Below, piece after piece: positions 1 through 9,956 of a DNA stretch of 62,069 bases. Every line of letters begins with the position of its first letter. The stretch's first letter is position 1. A model generated the notes under the pieces. The model had not been told where the DNA came from. It saw nothing but the letters and a program-made list of their open reading frames with translations, and searched no databases. The position numbers were made by a program, and so were the translations under genes. This stretch comes from an uncultured Candidatus Saccharibacteria bacterium (GTDB lineage: Bacteria; Patescibacteriota; Saccharimonadia; Saccharimonadales; JAGQNJ01), in the NCBI GenBank assembly GCA_964610345.1, contig CAZSVQ010000001.1:280-62348 (forward strand), in the 5' to 3' direction.

Positions 1-1
1 T

Positions 2-241
2 CAAGTAAAAGATCTTATTATAGCCTGGCTGAAAGACCGCACAGGAAGTTTGTATCGTATGCTCATGTTCTTTTGCGTGTGGCTTGTAATGTTCTTGTCT
101 AAGTTTATCTTCATTTGGGTACTAGACTTTTTATTTGGTAACTATATAAAAATCAATGGTTTCTTCGGAATATTACTGGTTGTTTTATGCGTAACTATTA
201 TTCATAAGCTTGCATATATAATATTCATCAAGCTTGGATAA
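2..241 (+). CDS. 3' end of a membrane protein gene truncated by the window edge
   Basis: The frame is open from base 2 to the TAA at 239-241. C-terminal segments are hydrophobic (FFCVWLVMFLSKFIFIWVL, FFGILLVVLCVTIIH). No family recognised. Confidence 0.3.
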   Translation, partial: QVKDLIIAWLKDRTGSLYRMLMFFCVWLVMFLSKFIFIWVLDFLFGNYIKINGFFGILLVVLCVTIIHKLAYIIFIKLG

Positions 242-483
242 ACAATATAGGGTTCTGTGTTAATTTAGTTGCAATAGTTTGCACCTAGCTCCTTCAATCT
301 TGGGTGTGTTCGTGAGAAGCTCACGCAGGTGATTGCACCGAGTAAGTGACGAAACGGGTCGAAAACCGCCTCCGTTGGCCCTCCATGAAAAAAGCCAACA
401 AAAATGTTATCCATGTAGTTTGTAAGTTGAGCTACTCGAAGACGGTTTTGTTTAGTTAAATTATTGGCCGTACTATTGTTGGC

Positions 484-1944
484 ATGGTAGTGCGTAGGCA
501 GTTTAGGCGAACAAGCTTAATCATGTTTGGCTTAACTTTGTTTTTAGCCGGGTTGATTGCTGTTAGAATTTTTGGAGTAAATAGCAGTTTTTTAATTGCA
601 AGCTGTGTTTTGCTTTTAAATTTGATTTTACTGCGCGGGCAAAAGAATTTAATAATAATTGCAATATTTTTATGCTTAGCTTTTTTATTCGGCATATATA
701 GAGGCAATATTTATTTAAAAGATCTGAGCAACTATAAAAATTTACATAATAAGCAGGTGACACTTGAGGTAACCGCAAAGGAAGATTCCGTTTATAGTAA
801 CCGTAAGCAATTGGAATTTTCAGCAACCAATATAGAAACAACTCAACCTACAATCAACAAGCTAATAGGCAATATCAAAGTTGAAGGTATGGGAGTGACT
901 ATGGTTTATAAGGGTGACAGGTTGAAAGTAACAGGCAAATTATATCCCAGACGTGGTGAAAACGTTGCCGGTATCAGTTTTGCTAATATTAAAGTTTTAA
1001 GCTCTGGGCAAAGTAAGATAGATAAATTTCGCCGGCAGTTTGCAACTGGGCTTCAAAATATTCTGCCAGAACCTTTAGCTTCATTAGGGTTGGGTATTTT
1101 AATAGGGCAACAAAATACTTTGCCAGATGATCTAACTGAGCAACTTAGGCAAGTTGGGTTAATTCATATTGTGGCGGTATCTGGCTATAACCTGACGATA
1201 ATTATTTATTTTTCTCAACGGTTGCTAAAAAAGCGTTCTCGTTTTCAGGCTTTAGTCGCATCGAATACTTTGATATTGTTATTTTTATTAGTCACAGGTT
1301 TTAGCCCTTCAATTGTGCGTGCAGCGGTGGTGAGTGGCATTGGTTTAGTTATGTGGTATTACGGACGTAACGTTAAGCCACTTATGATATTGCTATTGGC
1401 AGCTGTGTTTACGGCTGGCTGGAATCCGTTATATATTTGGTCAAGTGTTGGTTGGTATTTATCATTTGCTGCCTTTTTTGGTGTGCTGGTACTCGGACCG
1501 CTTTTGCACAAGGGATTTGTACCTGCGAGATCTCAAAATAAACTCTTACCACAAATTTTAACCGAAACTATCGCTGCCCAGATTTGCACAATACCAATTT
1601 TGCTTTATATATTTTCTACCCTATCTGTAATTAGTGTAGTTGCTAACATCTTGGTTGTGCCGTTAATCCCTTTTGTGATGTTGGCTACATTGATAGCCGG
1701 GATATATGGTATGATCGGGCCGTTTTTCTTAGGTGGAGTATTGGTACTACCTTCCAGGATTTTACTTGGTTATATAGTTGAGGTTACGCAAATTTTAAGC
1801 ACAGTCCCATACGCATCAATTGAGTTAAAAATTACGGCCAGCCAAACGGCCTTAATCTGCGGATTAATTATTATGTTTACTTTGTTTTTAGCTAAGTCAA
1901 ATAAGCAAAAGTTGACTTCTAGCGAGAGCAACCCTATAGTTTAA
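484..1944 (+). CDS. comEC: ComEC/Rec2 DNA internalisation channel (competence domain, no beta-lactamase-fold domain)
   Basis: 486 aa polytopic membrane protein. The N-terminal OB-like region is followed by the competence-domain signature GLIHIVAVSGYNLTII and many TM helices. Confidence 0.85.
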   Translation: MVVRRQFRRTSLIMFGLTLFLAGLIAVRIFGVNSSFLIASCVLLLNLILLRGQKNLIIIAIFLCLAFLFGIYRGNIYLKDLSNYKNLHNKQVTLEVTAKEDSVYSNRKQLEFSATNIETTQPTINKLIGNIKVEGMGVTMVYKGDRLKVTGKLYPRRGENVAGISFANIKVLSSGQSKIDKFRRQFATGLQNILPEPLASLGLGILIGQQNTLPDDLTEQLRQVGLIHIVAVSGYNLTIIIYFSQRLLKKRSRFQALVASNTLILLFLLVTGFSPSIVRAAVVSGIGLVMWYYGRNVKPLMILLLAAVFTAGWNPLYIWSSVGWYLSFAAFFGVLVLGPLLHKGFVPARSQNKLLPQILTETIAAQICTIPILLYIFSTLSVISVVANILVVPLIPFVMLATLIAGIYGMIGPFFLGGVLVLPSRILLGYIVEVTQILSTVPYASIELKITASQTALICGLIIMFTLFLAKSNKQKLTSSESNPIV

Positions 1945-1961
1945 GGTAAGTACTTAAGCTT

Positions 1962-3386
1962 ATGAAACAGAAACTAAAGCGAATCATCAAACAGCCATTT
2001 GTTGTGTTGCTGTGCTTGTGGTACACATTGGCTTGGTCGTGGGCATTTATAACTGACAGTCTTGATTTGGCGGGCTCAAAACCTGTAGCTATGGCTATTG
2101 CTGCGTGGGTGGTAGTTTTCAATGTAGCGATATCAACTTATATTGTTGTTAAAACTTTTAAGTTTTTAACTGGTAAGTTTAAAAAGCAAAATCCTTGGAT
2201 TGTTTTAGTTGTGGGGTTTCCAATATTTGCCTTAATGGATTACGCGATATCTTGGCTAACGGCAATAATTTGGATTGGCCCAGAGGGCAGCATTGACAAT
2301 GTTTTGCCCCTGAGTTCTCCAACCCTGCTTTTAATTAACACACCATTTAAGTATGCAACACGTTTTGTAGGATTTTACGGTTTAGCCGGATTTTTTTGGT
2401 TAATAACCTTTTTAATTCTAGAAAAGAAATGGCGAAAATACGCTTTAATTTGTATTGCGTTTTTAGCAGGATTGTCAGTTGTTGGCTGGCAATTATATAA
2501 AACCCCGAACGGCAAAGAGCTTAAAGCGACAGTGATTAGTGAAAACTTAGATAACCACGTGGGTGTAATGCAAAGTCGTGACTCAGAGTTAATTGTATTT
2601 CCTGAATATGGTTTAGATGAAATAACTAACGATAATATTAGCAAGAGGGTAGGGAAAAATAGGGATGGGTCAAAACAGAATTTTTTGGGCTCGCAGCAAA
2701 TATTTGATGGTAGCCCATCAGGTCACTTAAATATTTTATTATTTGGTAATACCGAAAAAGGCATAATAAGTTCACAAGAAAAATATCGTCTTATTCCGGG
2801 TGGTGAAGATTTAGGCTATATAGTCAGAACTGCACTTAGAGCTACCAATCAAAAAAGTACGTTAGATTATTTTAGCTATGCCAAGATGGTCAATAAAGGT
2901 AAGCATCCAGTTGTGCCAATTAAAGTTGATGATTCTGCCACGCTTGGCTCGGCTGTTTGTTCAAGCATTATTGCGCCAAAAGATTATCAGATTTTTGCCT
3001 TAAAAGGTGCAACAATATTTACGAATTCTGCATCCCTGACGATATTTAAAGGGTCACGAGTATTTGCTTGGCAACAAAAATCCTTGGCTCGTTTTATGGC
3101 TGTCGCTAATTCACGCTACTTTTTGCAATCGGCAAATGCAGCTACAGCTTACGCCCTAGACAATAACGGAAAGCAAATAGCCGAGGTACGTGGCATAGAA
3201 GCCAAGGATGTGATTGTACGCAACAATACCAAGAAAACTTTTTATACTTATGCTGGTGATTGGCTGGTAGCGCTTGGGATGTTGATTGTTGCGGGTTGGT
3301 TGCTGATAAAATTGAAAAATTTAAATAAGAAAAAGCCAAAAAGCAAGAAGCAAAAAACTAAAGCTTCAAAAAATAGTAAAATCTAG
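1962..3386 (+). CDS. Apolipoprotein N-acyltransferase-like protein (N-terminal TM bundle plus C-terminal CN-hydrolase-like domain)
   Basis: About 6 N-terminal TM helices, then ELIVFPEYGL (nitrilase-type Glu motif), a later GSAVCSSII Cys motif, and a C-terminal TM plus a Lys-rich tail. Confidence 0.5.
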   Translation: MKQKLKRIIKQPFVVLLCLWYTLAWSWAFITDSLDLAGSKPVAMAIAAWVVVFNVAISTYIVVKTFKFLTGKFKKQNPWIVLVVGFPIFALMDYAISWLTAIIWIGPEGSIDNVLPLSSPTLLLINTPFKYATRFVGFYGLAGFFWLITFLILEKKWRKYALICIAFLAGLSVVGWQLYKTPNGKELKATVISENLDNHVGVMQSRDSELIVFPEYGLDEITNDNISKRVGKNRDGSKQNFLGSQQIFDGSPSGHLNILLFGNTEKGIISSQEKYRLIPGGEDLGYIVRTALRATNQKSTLDYFSYAKMVNKGKHPVVPIKVDDSATLGSAVCSSIIAPKDYQIFALKGATIFTNSASLTIFKGSRVFAWQQKSLARFMAVANSRYFLQSANAATAYALDNNGKQIAEVRGIEAKDVIVRNNTKKTFYTYAGDWLVALGMLIVAGWLLIKLKNLNKKKPKSKKQKTKASKNSKI

Positions 3387-3416
3387 TATACTAACAGATA
3401 AGAAACAGGAGTTTTT

Positions 3417-4130
3417 ATGTCTGGACACAGTAAATGGGAGACTATTAAGCGATCAAAAGGCGCAAACGATGCTAAGCGTGGCGCGCTGTTTACAAAGCTA
3501 GGCAATGCCATCGCAATTGCCGCTCGTAATGGTGTCGACCCAGAAACTAATTTTAGTTTGCGGCTAGCAATAGATAAAGCCAAGGCTGCCAATATGCCAA
3601 TGAGTAACGTTGAGCGCGCAATTGCAAGAGTAAGTGACAAAAATAGCGCTCAACTCGAAGAGGTTATGTACGAAGGCTACGGCCCTGGCGGGATTGGTGT
3701 TTTGGTGGACTGCGCTACTGACAATACCAACAGGACGTACACTTATGTACGGACAGCTTTTGCCAAACACGGTGGTAATATTGCTGAAAAGGGGTCTGTA
3801 GCATTTCAGTTTGAGCGTAAAGGTGTTATACGCATAAAAGGTAGCGGTGAGGATTTATTACTACAAGTTCTTGATGCTGGCGCAGAAGATGCGATAGAGG
3901 ATGACGATAATGGCATGGTTGTGTATACTGATCAAAAACAACTCGCCTCAGTCCGTAACCAACTTCAGCAAGATGGCGTTGTGATTTTAGAAGCCGAGCT
4001 TACTTATGTGCCCAAAAACAAAGTAGAAATTTCTGAAGAAGCAACCCAGGGCAAAGTCATGCGGTTAATGGATGCACTTGATGAACTTGACGATGTTACG
4101 GCGACTCACACCAATTTCGAATTAGCATAA
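3417..4130 (+). CDS. yebC: YebC/PmpR family DNA-binding transcriptional regulator
   Basis: The N-terminus MSGHSKWETIKRSKGANDAKRG is the canonical YebC signature. 237 aa, with the usual position upstream of ruvC. Confidence 0.9.
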   Translation: MSGHSKWETIKRSKGANDAKRGALFTKLGNAIAIAARNGVDPETNFSLRLAIDKAKAANMPMSNVERAIARVSDKNSAQLEEVMYEGYGPGGIGVLVDCATDNTNRTYTYVRTAFAKHGGNIAEKGSVAFQFERKGVIRIKGSGEDLLLQVLDAGAEDAIEDDDNGMVVYTDQKQLASVRNQLQQDGVVILEAELTYVPKNKVEISEEATQGKVMRLMDALDELDDVTATHTNFELA

Positions 4131-4206
4131 TCACAATAATTTTGACTCGCAGTAAAATTTACATTTATAGTTGTATGTGAATTTATTGAGAGTATATTTT
4201 TGAGTT

Positions 4207-5763
4207 ATGAGGGTTAAATTCAAATCATTAGGGGTGATTTTATCAATTTTAATTATGGCGTTGCCGTCTATGGGGATGGCGGAACGACCGCCCAGGATGC
4301 TAATAACTGAGGTTAAAACTGGTGGAGTAGTTGCAGGCCAACCAACCGAGTTTGTTGAGATTATGAACGACTCCACACAAAATATTAATTTAAGTGGTTG
4401 GGCAATTGAGTATGCAAAACCCGCCGCAAAAATAAGTGATTGCTCGGCTATGGGCTGGAAATTACAAGATAGTTCGGCAAATGTCAAAGAATATCCAATA
4501 AGCGGTGAATTAATTGCTGGCCAAAAATTGATTATTGAGATTGCCATGAACGATAATATTGGCGGATCATTACGGCTAAGCAAAGCTGGCTTTGTTTATG
4601 ACCAAGTTGGCTGGGGTAATACGATTAGCCAAGGTGTTTGTAGTGAAGGCGAGCTTGCGCCACTACCAGTAAATGCAAAAAGTATTCGTAGGGTTATAAC
4701 AAAAGATGGTCTTTTGGTTGACACAGAGAACAATAAAAATGATTTTACTGATTCTGACGAAAATATCGTTGATTATAAGTTGGTCGTGCCACAAAATCCT
4801 CAGCCTGATTTATGTAACAATATTGATGGCATTCAGGTAATTGTTCCTCCTGGTTATTTCGCTAATAATGGTAATTGCAAACAAAAAATAGAAGCAAAAA
4901 CCTCAAACTGCACAGGCGTAATATTAACCGAAATATTACCAAACCCTGCTGGAGAAGACACTGGTAATGAGTATATTGAATTAAACAATACAACCAGTCA
5001 ATCAATTGAGTTAGTTGGCTGTAGTTTAAAAGTGGGTAGCACTGCCAAACAACTATCAGGCGTGATGTTGCCTGGCTATCAAGTATTTTATGGAGTGGTA
5101 TTGCCAAATACGGCTGGAGGCATGGTTGAGTTAATTACAAGCACCAATGAAGAAGCAGTTACTTACCCAATTAACTTAAAAGACAATCAAGCATGGGCGT
5201 TAATTAACGGGCAATGGCAATTAACAGAAAAACCAACACCCGGGGCTGAAAATGTAGCGTATACCGTTGTTGAAGAAGTCAGTGTTACGCAGTCCAGCAT
5301 AACAACTTACGAGCCCTGCCCAGAAGGTAAATATCGTAATCCAGAAACTAATCGATGCAAAACAATTGAAGCAACAGAAGGCCAAAAACCGTGCGAGTCT
5401 GGCCAAATTCGTAACCCAGAGACTAATCGGTGTAAAAAAACGGCCGAAGTTTTAACTAGCTTAAAACCATGTGAAGCAGGACAAACAAGAAACCCTGCAA
5501 CCAACCGTTGCCGAAAAGTCGCAATTGCAACCGCCTTAGCATCTTGCAAAGAAGGCCAAGAGCGTAATCCAGACACAAATCGTTGCCGTAAAGTTGCAGC
5601 ACTTGCAACTTCCTCACCAAGCAATCAACTAGAGCAAGAAGTTAAGTCAAAACAAAATATAAGTTACGGAATATTTGGAGCAATGGCAATATTGGTGCTG
5701 GGCTATGGTTTGTATGAATATCGCGGTAATATTACTAACTTTTTTGCTAGACACAAAAAGTAA
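4207..5763 (+). CDS. Secreted, C-terminally membrane-anchored protein with two lamin-tail (LTD) domains and four Cys-bracketed repeats
   Basis: A signal peptide is present. LTD starts are LITEVKTGG..EFVEIMN and ILTEILPNPAGEDTGNEYIELNN. It has four C-x2-G-x2-RNP-x-TNRC-[KR]K repeats and a C-terminal TM (GIFGAMAILVLGYGLY). Confidence 0.7.
   Translation: MRVKFKSLGVILSILIMALPSMGMAERPPRMLITEVKTGGVVAGQPTEFVEIMNDSTQNINLSGWAIEYAKPAAKISDCSAMGWKLQDSSANVKEYPISGELIAGQKLIIEIAMNDNIGGSLRLSKAGFVYDQVGWGNTISQGVCSEGELAPLPVNAKSIRRVITKDGLLVDTENNKNDFTDSDENIVDYKLVVPQNPQPDLCNNIDGIQVIVPPGYFANNGNCKQKIEAKTSNCTGVILTEILPNPAGEDTGNEYIELNNTTSQSIELVGCSLKVGSTAKQLSGVMLPGYQVFYGVVLPNTAGGMVELITSTNEEAVTYPINLKDNQAWALINGQWQLTEKPTPGAENVAYTVVEEVSVTQSSITTYEPCPEGKYRNPETNRCKTIEATEGQKPCESGQIRNPETNRCKKTAEVLTSLKPCEAGQTRNPATNRCRKVAIATALASCKEGQERNPDTNRCRKVAALATSSPSNQLEQEVKSKQNISYGIFGAMAILVLGYGLYEYRGNITNFFARHKK
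5317..5592 (+). repeat. Four tandem ~25-27 aa Cys-x11-Cys repeats inside the LTD protein gene
   Basis: CPEGKYRNPETNRCK / CESGQIRNPETNRCKK / CEAGQTRNPATNRCRK / CKEGQERNPDTNRCRK, read directly from the translation. Confidence 0.85.
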
Positions 5764-5775
5764 TATAATAAGCAC

Positions 5776-6246
5776 ATGAGAATATTAGGGATTGACCCCG
5801 GAACTGGTATTTTGGGATTTGGAATTATTGATGTTGAACGTGGTAATACCGTTTTTGTAGATGCTGGGGTAATTAAAACGCCAATTCATCAAGCAGATAG
5901 CGACCGGCTTTTTACAATCTATAATGACCTAGAGGACATCGTTGCCGAGCATAAACCAGATGTCATGGCAGTGGAGAAATTATTTTTTATTCGTAATATC
6001 ACCACAGCCATGAGCGTATCGCAGGCGCGCGGAGTGGTGTTGTTGCTAGGCAAGCAGAATAATCTACAACTATTTGAGTATACGCCCCTTCAAATTAAAC
6101 AAGCTGTAACTGGATACGGCAAAGCAGATAAAAAACAAATTCAAGAGATGGTGAAAGTAATTCTCAAACTACCACAAATTCCCAAGCCCGATGATGCCGC
6201 CGATGCGTTGGCGGCGGCTATCTGTTGTAGTACAAGTATGAGATAA
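5776..6246 (+). CDS. ruvC: Holliday junction resolvase RuvC
   Basis: MRILGIDPGTGILGFGIID start. 156 aa with a C-terminal DAADALA motif. Confidence 0.9.
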   Translation: MRILGIDPGTGILGFGIIDVERGNTVFVDAGVIKTPIHQADSDRLFTIYNDLEDIVAEHKPDVMAVEKLFFIRNITTAMSVSQARGVVLLLGKQNNLQLFEYTPLQIKQAVTGYGKADKKQIQEMVKVILKLPQIPKPDDAADALAAAICCSTSMR

Positions 6247-6255
6247 TGTATTTAC

Positions 6256-6837
6256 ATGTTTGTGACGCTAACTGGCCAGATTACTGAAAAGATATCTTCT
6301 ACCATTGTGATAGATGTAAATGGTGTTGGCTATGGCGTGCTTGTGACGAGTTCTGATTTTGGTTCAATAAGGGCTGGTGAAGTCTATAAACTATATATTC
6401 ACGAACATATTAAAGAAGATGCCCATGATTTATACGGATTTAAAACCTTAGATAATCAACAGCTTTTTGAACAGCTTTTAAGCGTAAAAAACGTTGGCCC
6501 AAAAGTTGCTTTGGCGGTGCTTGATATTGGTAGTATGGACGAAGTAAAACGAGCGATTGCCGGTGGCGATGTTAAAAAACTCCAAACCGCCAAAGGCGTT
6601 GGCAAACGAGCAGCCGAACAAATTGTGGTGGAACTACGCGATAAAGTTGGTGCGCCAGTAGGTGAGGGTGCTGATGCGGTAGTGAATCGTTCATCGGTTG
6701 ACCAGCAAGATGAAGCTGTGCAAGCCCTAGTAGCGCTTGGTTATACAGATGCTGATGCACAAGTAGCATTACACAGTATTGACAAGTCATTGCCACTTGA
6801 AGATAGAATAAAACTAGCCTTGAAAGGCCACCGATGA
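6256..6837 (+). CDS. ruvA: Holliday junction branch migration complex subunit RuvA
   Basis: 193 aa. The helix-hairpin-helix region is LLSVKNVGPKVALAVL..LQTAKGVGKRAAEQIVVEL. Sits in ruvC-ruvA synteny. Confidence 0.9.
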   Translation: MFVTLTGQITEKISSTIVIDVNGVGYGVLVTSSDFGSIRAGEVYKLYIHEHIKEDAHDLYGFKTLDNQQLFEQLLSVKNVGPKVALAVLDIGSMDEVKRAIAGGDVKKLQTAKGVGKRAAEQIVVELRDKVGAPVGEGADAVVNRSSVDQQDEAVQALVALGYTDADAQVALHSIDKSLPLEDRIKLALKGHR

Positions 6838-7373
6838 CATTATCAGAACTCAATACCGAAACTGTAAATTATGAGCAGACTTTCATTGAATTTACCAATG
6901 GTTATCAATTACCGGACGCTTGGTTTAGGAGACCAGACCACCTAGCTGTTAAATGTACTGAATGGTTTGACTACAATGAGACTACTAGAGAGACTTTTGT
7001 ATCACTAATTGACGACGAAGGATTATGGGAAATTGAAATGGGTGGTAGGTTCTTAGCCTCTGGTCAATTAGCTTCGCCAATTATGATTGCCAATTTTGAA
7101 TTTGGATGGATTGAAATTATGCAACCTAAACCAGGCAAAGAAGTACCAAAAAGCTTCGTAGAGCATACAGAATTTAAAGTTAGGGATTTCCAGGCGGTTA
7201 TTAACGGGTTGAAGGGTAGGGGTGTTGAAGACCACAAAATTCAGGATAATGGTAGTCACGCATGGGTAAATATTCCGATTGGTGACGATAGAGAAATAAA
7301 ACTCAACAATTTACCTCTTGCCGATGTTGTTAAAAAAGAAAAATCTCAAGGCCGTCTAAGGAAAATTAACTAA
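6834..7373 (+). CDS. YecM-like / VOC-fold protein (uncertain)
   Basis: 179 aa. Its start overlaps the ruvA stop (ATGA). It loosely resembles E. coli YecM blocks (PDHLAVKC ~ ADHISLRC; WIEIMQPKPGKE..VEHTEFKV ~ IVELPWPGEK..WEHIEIVL). Confidence 0.35.
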   Translation: MTLSELNTETVNYEQTFIEFTNGYQLPDAWFRRPDHLAVKCTEWFDYNETTRETFVSLIDDEGLWEIEMGGRFLASGQLASPIMIANFEFGWIEIMQPKPGKEVPKSFVEHTEFKVRDFQAVINGLKGRGVEDHKIQDNGSHAWVNIPIGDDREIKLNNLPLADVVKKEKSQGRLRKIN

Positions 7374-8402
7374 ATGGCGGTTGAGAGAATTACTAACACT
7401 AGTGCAGATGAAACCCCAGAGGAACAGGAACTTGAAGTAACTTTACGCCCGCACGACTTTGCAAATTATATTGGTCAAGAGCGGATAAAGCAAAATCTAA
7501 AGCTGGCAATAACAGCTGCTAAAAAACGCGGCGAACCAATTGACCACGTGTTACTTTATGGTCCGCCGGGGCTTGGCAAAACCACACTAGCAACTGTTAT
7601 CGCCAATGAAATGGGAGCTCAAATAAGAGTAACCAGTGGGCCAGCAATTGAGCGTTCTGGTGACCTAGCTAGTTTGTTAACCAACTTGCAAGACGGAGAT
7701 ATTTTGTTTATAGATGAAATTCATCGTTTAAACCGTAGCGTAGAAGAGGTACTTTATAGTGCGATGGAGGATTTTAAGCTAGATATTATGCTTGGCAAAG
7801 GCCCAAGCGCAAAGAGCTTGCGATTAGATTTACCTAAATTTACAATAATTGGTGCTACTACCCGGACAGGTGCGCTGGCGGCGCCTTTACGTGACCGTTT
7901 TGGAATGATTCATCGTTTAGAATTTTATACCCCAGAAGAAATTGCCAAAATTGTAAAGCGTGCAGCGAATATTTTAAATGTAAAAATTGATGATAATGCT
8001 GCATCTAATTTGTCTACCCGCGCTAGGCTAACACCAAGAATCGCCAACCGCTTACTTAAACGAGTCAGGGATTATGCTGATGTTAATGGTGATGGAATTA
8101 TTGATACGGTAATCAGTGAACAAGCCCTCAACCTACTAGAAATTGATAAGTTGGGGTTAGACCCGGCAGACAGACGAATGCTTGAAGCAGTTATTGAGAG
8201 TTACGACGGTGGCCCAGTAGGTGTGGATACAATCGCCGCATTAATTGCCGAAGAACGCGGTACGATAGAGGATTTTCACGAACCTTATTTAATGCAAATA
8301 GGATTAATTGAGCGTACTCCACGTGGGCGCAAAGTTACCCAAAAAGCTTACAAACATCTTGGTAAACAAAAAAACAGCCAAGACCAATCTTCTTTGCTAT
8401 AA
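7374..8402 (+). CDS. ruvB: Holliday junction branch migration DNA helicase RuvB
   Basis: [16 protein letters not shown], Walker [10 protein letters not shown] and Walker B FIDEIHRL. 342 aa. Confidence 0.95.
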   Translation: MAVERITNTSADETPEEQELEVTLRPHDFANYIGQERIKQNLKLAITAAKKRGEPIDHVLLYGPPGLGKTTLATVIANEMGAQIRVTSGPAIERSGDLASLLTNLQDGDILFIDEIHRLNRSVEEVLYSAMEDFKLDIMLGKGPSAKSLRLDLPKFTIIGATTRTGALAAPLRDRFGMIHRLEFYTPEEIAKIVKRAANILNVKIDDNAASNLSTRARLTPRIANRLLKRVRDYADVNGDGIIDTVISEQALNLLEIDKLGLDPADRRMLEAVIESYDGGPVGVDTIAALIAEERGTIEDFHEPYLMQIGLIERTPRGRKVTQKAYKHLGKQKNSQDQSSLL

Positions 8403-8411
8403 TTTAAAACA

Positions 8412-9023
8412 ATGGAACCAGCAGAATTGAAGGCAGAGGACGCAGCAAAACTGTCCGCAACCGGTAAAAAATATTTTAAATTCATAGAGTTTGACAGTGA
8501 TGAGAATTTAATTTGCGAAATACGTAAACATTATGTCGGGCTATTCTTTATATATTTTACTGGTATTAGTATTACATTTATTGTGGTAATTATGTTTGGC
8601 TTAATTGGGTTCTCGGATATTTTAAGTTCAGGTTTAAGCGGTACTGGCGCACCATCTGGGTCAATAAAGTCGTTAGCAGTGGTTGGCGGTATTATTTTCG
8701 TAATGTTTATTTTAATTGCCATGACCATCCAGGCAATACTTTATACAAACAATGTAATATTTGTAACTTCCGAAAAAATTGCCCAAGTACTGTATATTAA
8801 TTTGTTTAATAGAAAAATTTCACAGCTCAGCATTGGAGACGTGCAAGACGTAACCGTTACCCAAAAAGGAGTTTTGGCGCATATGTTTAATTACGGTACG
8901 TTAGTTATAGAAACGGCAGGCGAGCAACAAAACTACTTGTTTACGTATATTCCAGACCCGTATATGCATTCTAAAGCTATTGTTGGCGCACACGAACGCA
9001 ATCTAGTTAATTACGGCAATTAG
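8412..9023 (+). CDS. Membrane protein with bacterial PH (YdbS/YdbT-like) domain
   Basis: Two TM helices followed by ...SIGDVQDVTVTQKGVLAHMFNYGTLVIETAGE..., which is typical of bPH_2 domains. Confidence 0.45.
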   Translation: MEPAELKAEDAAKLSATGKKYFKFIEFDSDENLICEIRKHYVGLFFIYFTGISITFIVVIMFGLIGFSDILSSGLSGTGAPSGSIKSLAVVGGIIFVMFILIAMTIQAILYTNNVIFVTSEKIAQVLYINLFNRKISQLSIGDVQDVTVTQKGVLAHMFNYGTLVIETAGEQQNYLFTYIPDPYMHSKAIVGAHERNLVNYGN

Positions 9024-9024
9024 A

Positions 9025-9324
9025 TTATTCTTGGAACGGGTTGTCGCGAGATTGCTCAAACAAAGCTTTAACATCAACATTGGCTGATTGTAATTGTTCT
9101 ACTTGTTTTACGGCTGACTCATCAATATTAATTGGCTGACTTTTACTTGACTTTTCACTAATTACATCTTCACTAGGTTCGCGACTCGCCAAAGTCCTGA
9201 TTCTAAACACCAAAAACCCGAACACGCCCAAACTGACCAAAACGAATATAAGCACAGCGTATTTTTTCGCAAACGCTAAATATTTAATTAAAAATGGTTT
9301 AATGTTTTGTAAGTCTAGTTTCAT
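9025..9324 (-). CDS. Small single-pass membrane protein, last gene of the pilMNO operon
   Basis: 99 aa with one TM helix (YAVLIFVLVSLGVFGFLVF). Its start overlaps the pilO-like stop. No family recognised. Confidence 0.4.
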   Translation of the reverse strand: MKLDLQNIKPFLIKYLAFAKKYAVLIFVLVSLGVFGFLVFRIRTLASREPSEDVISEKSSKSQPINIDESAVKQVEQLQSANVDVKALFEQSRDNPFQE

Positions 9325-9956
9325 GGTTTTAAAAATAAATTTACGGTTAATGAAAAGGTCAATTGTGGATTATTGCCTGACGATGTCTTAGGGTCAATTT
9401 TAATGCTAGTAACTTGGGCGGTTCGACGATTCTTTTCTAGCTTTGATAAAAAGCTTATGAATTGATAATAATTCACAGAACCTTCTGGCGCAATATTAGC
9501 TTCTAAGCTATATACACCGTTCATGCCTTGCACCGGCTTTGCCTGGCTAATTGGATTAGGCGCCGGTTGTGTAGTTTGTTGGGTTTGGTTCTCGCTACTT
9601 GGTGGCGGTGCAACTTTAGTGCCAAGATTAGATGCCGGGAAGGTAACACTTTTGATTTTAAAACCACTTTCTTCCGCTAAAGCGATAATTTCGCGAGTAA
9701 CTCGGGCTTGGTCTTTATCTTGGGGCACAATTGTTTGGGTTAGCTCCTCAAGGTTTTTGTACTTTTCTATATTTTGCTTAGCCTTAGCTAAAGAAATTAC
9801 TTGGTTTTCTAAAACTTCATTAGTAGCTTTTAAATCTACCAGTTTGTTTGACTGCTCGACCAGCATTTTATTGCCCATATAAATTAATGCGAAAATGCCA
9901 AGTGCAGCAGTACAAATTAGCCCAACCATAATATAAAAAACACGCTTAGTGGTCAT
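9321..9956 (-). CDS. pilO: Type IV pilus assembly protein PilO-like
   Basis: N-terminal TM plus coiled coil. It sits after pilN with overlapping stop/start. 211 aa. Confidence 0.6.
   Translation of the reverse strand: MTTKRVFYIMVGLICTAALGIFALIYMGNKMLVEQSNKLVDLKATNEVLENQVISLAKAKQNIEKYKNLEELTQTIVPQDKDQARVTREIIALAEESGFKIKSVTFPASNLGTKVAPPPSSENQTQQTTQPAPNPISQAKPVQGMNGVYSLEANIAPEGSVNYYQFISFLSKLEKNRRTAQVTSIKIDPKTSSGNNPQLTFSLTVNLFLKP

Noticed and set aside
241-483. Possible riboswitch or sRNA in the 243-nt leader upstream of comEC (small hairpins such as CGTGAG-AAG-CTCACG at 311-325)
   Set aside because: No match to any riboswitch consensus I can recall (fluoride, ZTP, c-di-NMP, preQ1 checked by eye). 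The hairpins are short, and the evidence is insufficient without covariation analysis.
5307-5624. 105-aa minus-strand ORF antisense to the Cys-repeat region of the LTD gene, and similar antisense ORFs inside pilB, rny, the P-type ATPase and glxA
   Set aside because: All are fully nested antisense within strongly supported genes and lack start context. In the repeat region, periodic sequence keeps the antisense frame open.
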